10,529 bases of DNA from an uncultured Bacteriovoracaceae bacterium (lineage in GTDB: Bacteria; Bdellovibrionota; Bacteriovoracia; Bacteriovoracales; Bacteriovoracaceae): positions 1-10,529 of the forward strand of contig CAXGUD010000080.1 in the NCBI GenBank assembly GCA_964012805.1. The letters are read 5' to 3'. The notes beneath the pieces were generated by a model. That model did no database searches and was not told where the DNA came from. It saw only the letters and a list, made by a program, of their open reading frames with translations. Each line of letters opens with the position of its first letter. The stretch's first letter is position 1. Positions 8,200 through 10,529 of the stretch are shown piece by piece. Made by a program: the position numbers and the translations under genes.

Positions 8200-8234
8200 A
8201 GGTCTTCCCTTTGATTTAGCAAATCGGAAGACCT
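8200..8234 (-). promoter_or_regulatory. Hairpin overlapping the ribosome-binding site of the 70-aa gene
   Basis: Perfect 9-bp inverted repeat AGGTCTTCC (8200-8208) / GGAAGACCT (8226-8234) enclosing a 5-bp inner stem GATTT-AGC-AAATC and a 4-nt bulge; ends 1 nt before ATG 8198. Confidence 0.55.
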
Positions 8235-8281
8235 TTAAAGAAATTAAAAGAGATAGCAAAAAAAAGAGTAAGGGTTTTTTA

Positions 8282-8584
8282 GTGGTTCGATTCATCCGGG
8301 TTTCTTTAAGATTGATTTCGATTGTTTTTATCAGTTATTTTCTATTGAGAACTTATAGAAATTGGAATTTAAAAAAAAGAAAAACAGTCAACTTAATAGC
8401 AACAATAGATTTTTGTCGAAAGTATAAAATTCCTTTAAACCATGTTTCTTTAATTAGAAATAGAAAGATGTGCATCGTTAAAGGAGTTAAAGTTGATCCA
8501 GGGTTGTTTAAAGACAGGTTTTTTTTAGTTTCCTATCCTCGCTACTTTTTAATTGAAGAAAAAAGTATTGTGTCTTTTTATTAA
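8282..8584 (+). CDS. Possible hypothetical 100-aa membrane-anchored basic protein
   Basis: Part of ORF 8177..8584. GTG 8282 has AAGGG 7 nt upstream and avoids overlap with the divergent gene. Hydrophobic N-terminal segment (LRLISIVFISYFLL). Fills the gap and stops 5 nt from the convergent gene. No recognisable family. Confidence 0.45.
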   Translation: MVRFIRVSLRLISIVFISYFLLRTYRNWNLKKRKTVNLIATIDFCRKYKIPLNHVSLIRNRKMCIVKGVKVDPGLFKDRFFLVSYPRYFLIEEKSIVSFY

Positions 8585-8589
8585 AAAAA

Positions 8590-10200
8590 TTAGAAGCTAT
8601 AGGCTAAATCAATGGAGGTAACCTGCTTTGTGTAAGCATAGGCAGCAGTATTTCCAGATGTTTTTTTTGTGTAGTTATAGCTAATTGTTGTACTTAAAGA
8701 CTTTGATGTTTTTTTTGTAATTTTAACGGAAGGGTTCCATGTTATTTCCATTCCCCTTTCGGGAGTCGTGGATTCAGTTATAGTGGGCGCAAAGGTTCCG
8801 GAAAGACCGAAACTTAGTGTATAGCTTTTTATAACTTCAGGGATTACGTAATCAAGCCTGACTAAAAAAGTATTCGTATTACTTGCTGGCGTGGTATCAA
8901 ATCTTGTGAGGTCAGTTTGATGTGTAAAAATCAGCATATGTTTTATAGGAAGTATAGCAGTCTGGTTAAGAGAGAATGTATAAACTTTATTATGCTGAGA
9001 GTCGTCATAACTTCTTGAAATTTTAAATTTGCCTTTAACTGTCGTGTCTCCAAATTTGAAGTATTTAAACTTTTCTCCTAGTGAAAGAGTATATCCATTT
9101 GAAGAGGTTGCAATTTTAGACATATTTCCCGTGCCATTTCGATCAGCTCCAGAATAAGAGTGTTCTAAATCAAAAAGAAGGGATGCTTGATTGCCAAATA
9201 ATTTATGCTCATAAGTATTTGCAAGTGTTGTAGTTACACTAAGGCTATCACTTTTATAGACATCACTTGCAATCCTATTCCCATGGTGGGTAAGAGAGAC
9301 ACTTATTCCGGGGCTCACTGTAAACATGCGTTTGAATGGTTTTGTATATTTTGCACTAACTGAAGTCGCAAAAACGCTTGAGTCTTTCATTGTTTGGAGT
9401 GTTGCAAGAGATTCTGTCGATGTTGTTACGTTAGAGTCATACTTAAAGCTTTGGGAAAGGCTTAGTGAATGGGCTTTTGGGGGAAGCTTTTTACCATTAA
9501 TTAAATAAAGAGGGTTAAGTCCATATTTTATTTCAAGCTCTTTTTTTCTTTTTAAAATATCTTTGGCCACTGGAGCCCTTGGGTTAACTTTATAGGCCAT
9601 ATTGAGTTGTGGAATAATCCTCTTTTTTATGTAGGTAAGAGCAACTTTTTTATTTTTTACCTTCTCTAATTTCGAAAGAAGGACTTGAGTTAACTGGAAA
9701 ATAGCAACTTGTCTCATGCTTCTTTTGGTCGTATTGTCTTTTAAAAGTAGATTGTAGTTTTTTTCAGCAGTAGGATAGTCTTCCAAGAGCTGGGAAATAT
9801 AGGCAGCGTAGTACAAGGATGAAGCCCTTTGGAAGTTTTGGCGCGCGGAAGTTGAAAAAGATTTTCTTGCTTCATCCAAATTATTGGCAGCAAAATTTGC
9901 CTGACCAAATTCAAAAAAGAACTCTTTGGGGGTGAAGTTTTTACTTTTTATAAATTTGAAACGCTTTATTGAAAGATCGTACCTTTTTAGTTTGTTTAGG
10001 CAAAGTGCTTCAAGATATGTTTTTTTTAGGAATAGATCTTCTTCTTTAATATTTAATTTTCTTAAAAGAAAAAAGGCTTGCTTAAATTTGCTGTTCTTAA
10101 GAGCTGTTAGAGCAGGAGTGAAAATTTCTTCTTTAGCAAAAGAGCTTGATTGATTTAGTAAAAAATAAAAAAGCAGGACAAATATGATTTTTAGCTTCAT
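8590..10200 (-). CDS. Signal peptide + TPR repeats + C-terminal outer-membrane beta-barrel protein (Slam/DUF560-like architecture)
   Basis: Signal peptide ending SSFA-K. TPR-like helices (YLEALCLNKLKRYDLS, FEFGQANFAANNLDEA, YYAAYISQLLEDYPTA). From about nt 9475, roughly 295 aa of Ser/Thr-rich alternating strands starting LSLSQSFKYDSNV and ending SIDLAYSF (Tyr at -3, terminal Phe, BAM beta-signal pattern). Confidence 0.8.
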   Translation of the reverse strand: MKLKIIFVLLFYFLLNQSSSFAKEEIFTPALTALKNSKFKQAFFLLRKLNIKEEDLFLKKTYLEALCLNKLKRYDLSIKRFKFIKSKNFTPKEFFFEFGQANFAANNLDEARKSFSTSARQNFQRASSLYYAAYISQLLEDYPTAEKNYNLLLKDNTTKRSMRQVAIFQLTQVLLSKLEKVKNKKVALTYIKKRIIPQLNMAYKVNPRAPVAKDILKRKKELEIKYGLNPLYLINGKKLPPKAHSLSLSQSFKYDSNVTTSTESLATLQTMKDSSVFATSVSAKYTKPFKRMFTVSPGISVSLTHHGNRIASDVYKSDSLSVTTTLANTYEHKLFGNQASLLFDLEHSYSGADRNGTGNMSKIATSSNGYTLSLGEKFKYFKFGDTTVKGKFKISRSYDDSQHNKVYTFSLNQTAILPIKHMLIFTHQTDLTRFDTTPASNTNTFLVRLDYVIPEVIKSYTLSFGLSGTFAPTITESTTPERGMEITWNPSVKITKKTSKSLSTTISYNYTKKTSGNTAAYAYTKQVTSIDLAYSF

Positions 10201-10244
10201 CGATTAATCTTTTGATTTTAGAAGATAATTAATCTTGTAAAGCT

Positions 10245-10250
10245 ATTATA
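10245..10250 (-). promoter_or_regulatory. Candidate sigma70 -10 element for the TPR-barrel gene
   Basis: Perfect TATAAT on the - strand, 44 nt upstream of ATG 10200. No well-spaced -35 (TTGAGG is only 14 nt away). Confidence 0.4.
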
Positions 10251-10259
10251 CCCAGAAAA

Positions 10260-10529
10260 CTAATCCTCAACAGTAAAAATGAATTTAATCCTATTAAGCC
10301 TATCTAGGATATCCTGTTCATTTCTTTGTTGGTTCTTAAATTGATCTCTATTTTGATCGTTTATATTGTCTGCAATCTCCCTCATTTGATCAAGAAAATC
10401 ATCATCGCTCATTGGTGGTCCAAACATATCATCATCCATGCCCATCATGGGACCTTTATCCATATCTCCCATATCAAACATAGGTCCGTCGCCCATTTCT
10501 CCCATATCCATCATAGGTCCGCCGCCCAT
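10260..10529 (-). CDS. 3' end of a hypothetical protein (probably 5'-truncated by the window): Met/Gly/Asp/Pro repeats, Gln/Asn/Asp-rich helix, terminal RIKFIFTVED strand
   Basis: Open frame reaching the window edge with codon-phased repeats; TAG stop at 10260-10262; co-directional with the TPR-barrel gene. Confidence 0.8.
   Translation of the reverse strand: MGGGPMMDMGEMGDGPMFDMGDMDKGPMMGMDDDMFGPPMSDDDFLDQMREIADNINDQNRDQFKNQQRNEQDILDRLNRIKFIFTVED
10431..10529 (-). repeat. Coding tandem repeat, 33-bp unit, at least 3 copies
   Basis: MGGGPMMDMGE / MGDGPMFDMGD / MDKGPMMGMDD. Units 1 and 2 (10529-10497, 10496-10464) match at 29/33 nt; unit 3 is more degenerate. May continue beyond the window. 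Confidence 0.85.

Noticed and set aside
7950..8214. ORFs 7950..8180 (+) and 8023..8214 (+)
   Set aside because: Antisense to the 70-aa gene and yjbQ start, which have SD and operon spacing. The hydrophobicity of 8023..8214 mirrors the A-rich opposite strand, though it cannot be fully excluded.
8177..8281. N-terminal part of the 135-aa + ORF
   Set aside because: TTG start overlaps the divergent gene and its leader; GTG 8282 has a better SD.
9326..10153. ORFs 9326..9508 (+) and 9926..10153 (+)
   Set aside because: Antisense shadows of the TPR-barrel gene.
10431..10529. 33-bp repeats as a CRISPR array
   Set aside because: Units are contiguous with no spacers, codon-phased and degenerate; no cas genes in the window.

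Overview
AT-rich bacterial chromosomal window with no rRNA, tRNA, CRISPR array or mobile element that I can support. Left half is metabolic: a 5'-truncated aminopeptidase N (pepN, +) converging on a class II fructose-bisphosphate aldolase (fbaA, -) across a shared hairpin, then a divergently transcribed fused E1 alpha/beta 2-oxoacid dehydrogenase (+) with no E2/E3 beside it. Right half is mostly secreted or membrane proteins: a secreted papain-like C1 peptidase with an extra C-terminal domain (-), a YjbQ/UPF0047 protein (-), a 70-aa tail-anchored protein whose ribosome-binding site lies inside a strong hairpin (-), a possible ~100-aa membrane protein (+), a signal peptide + TPR + outer-membrane beta-barrel protein with Slam/DUF560-like architecture (-), and the 3' end of an upstream gene with 33-bp Met/Gly/Asp/Pro repeats (-). 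Best candidates for something undescribed: (i) the Met-repeat protein plus TPR-barrel pair as a possible cargo/translocon or cell-surface signalling module, and (ii) structured 5' leaders in front of the 70-aa gene and the E1 gene. A Bdellovibrionota/Bacteriovoracia-like host is my impression from gene content only and is not demonstrated.
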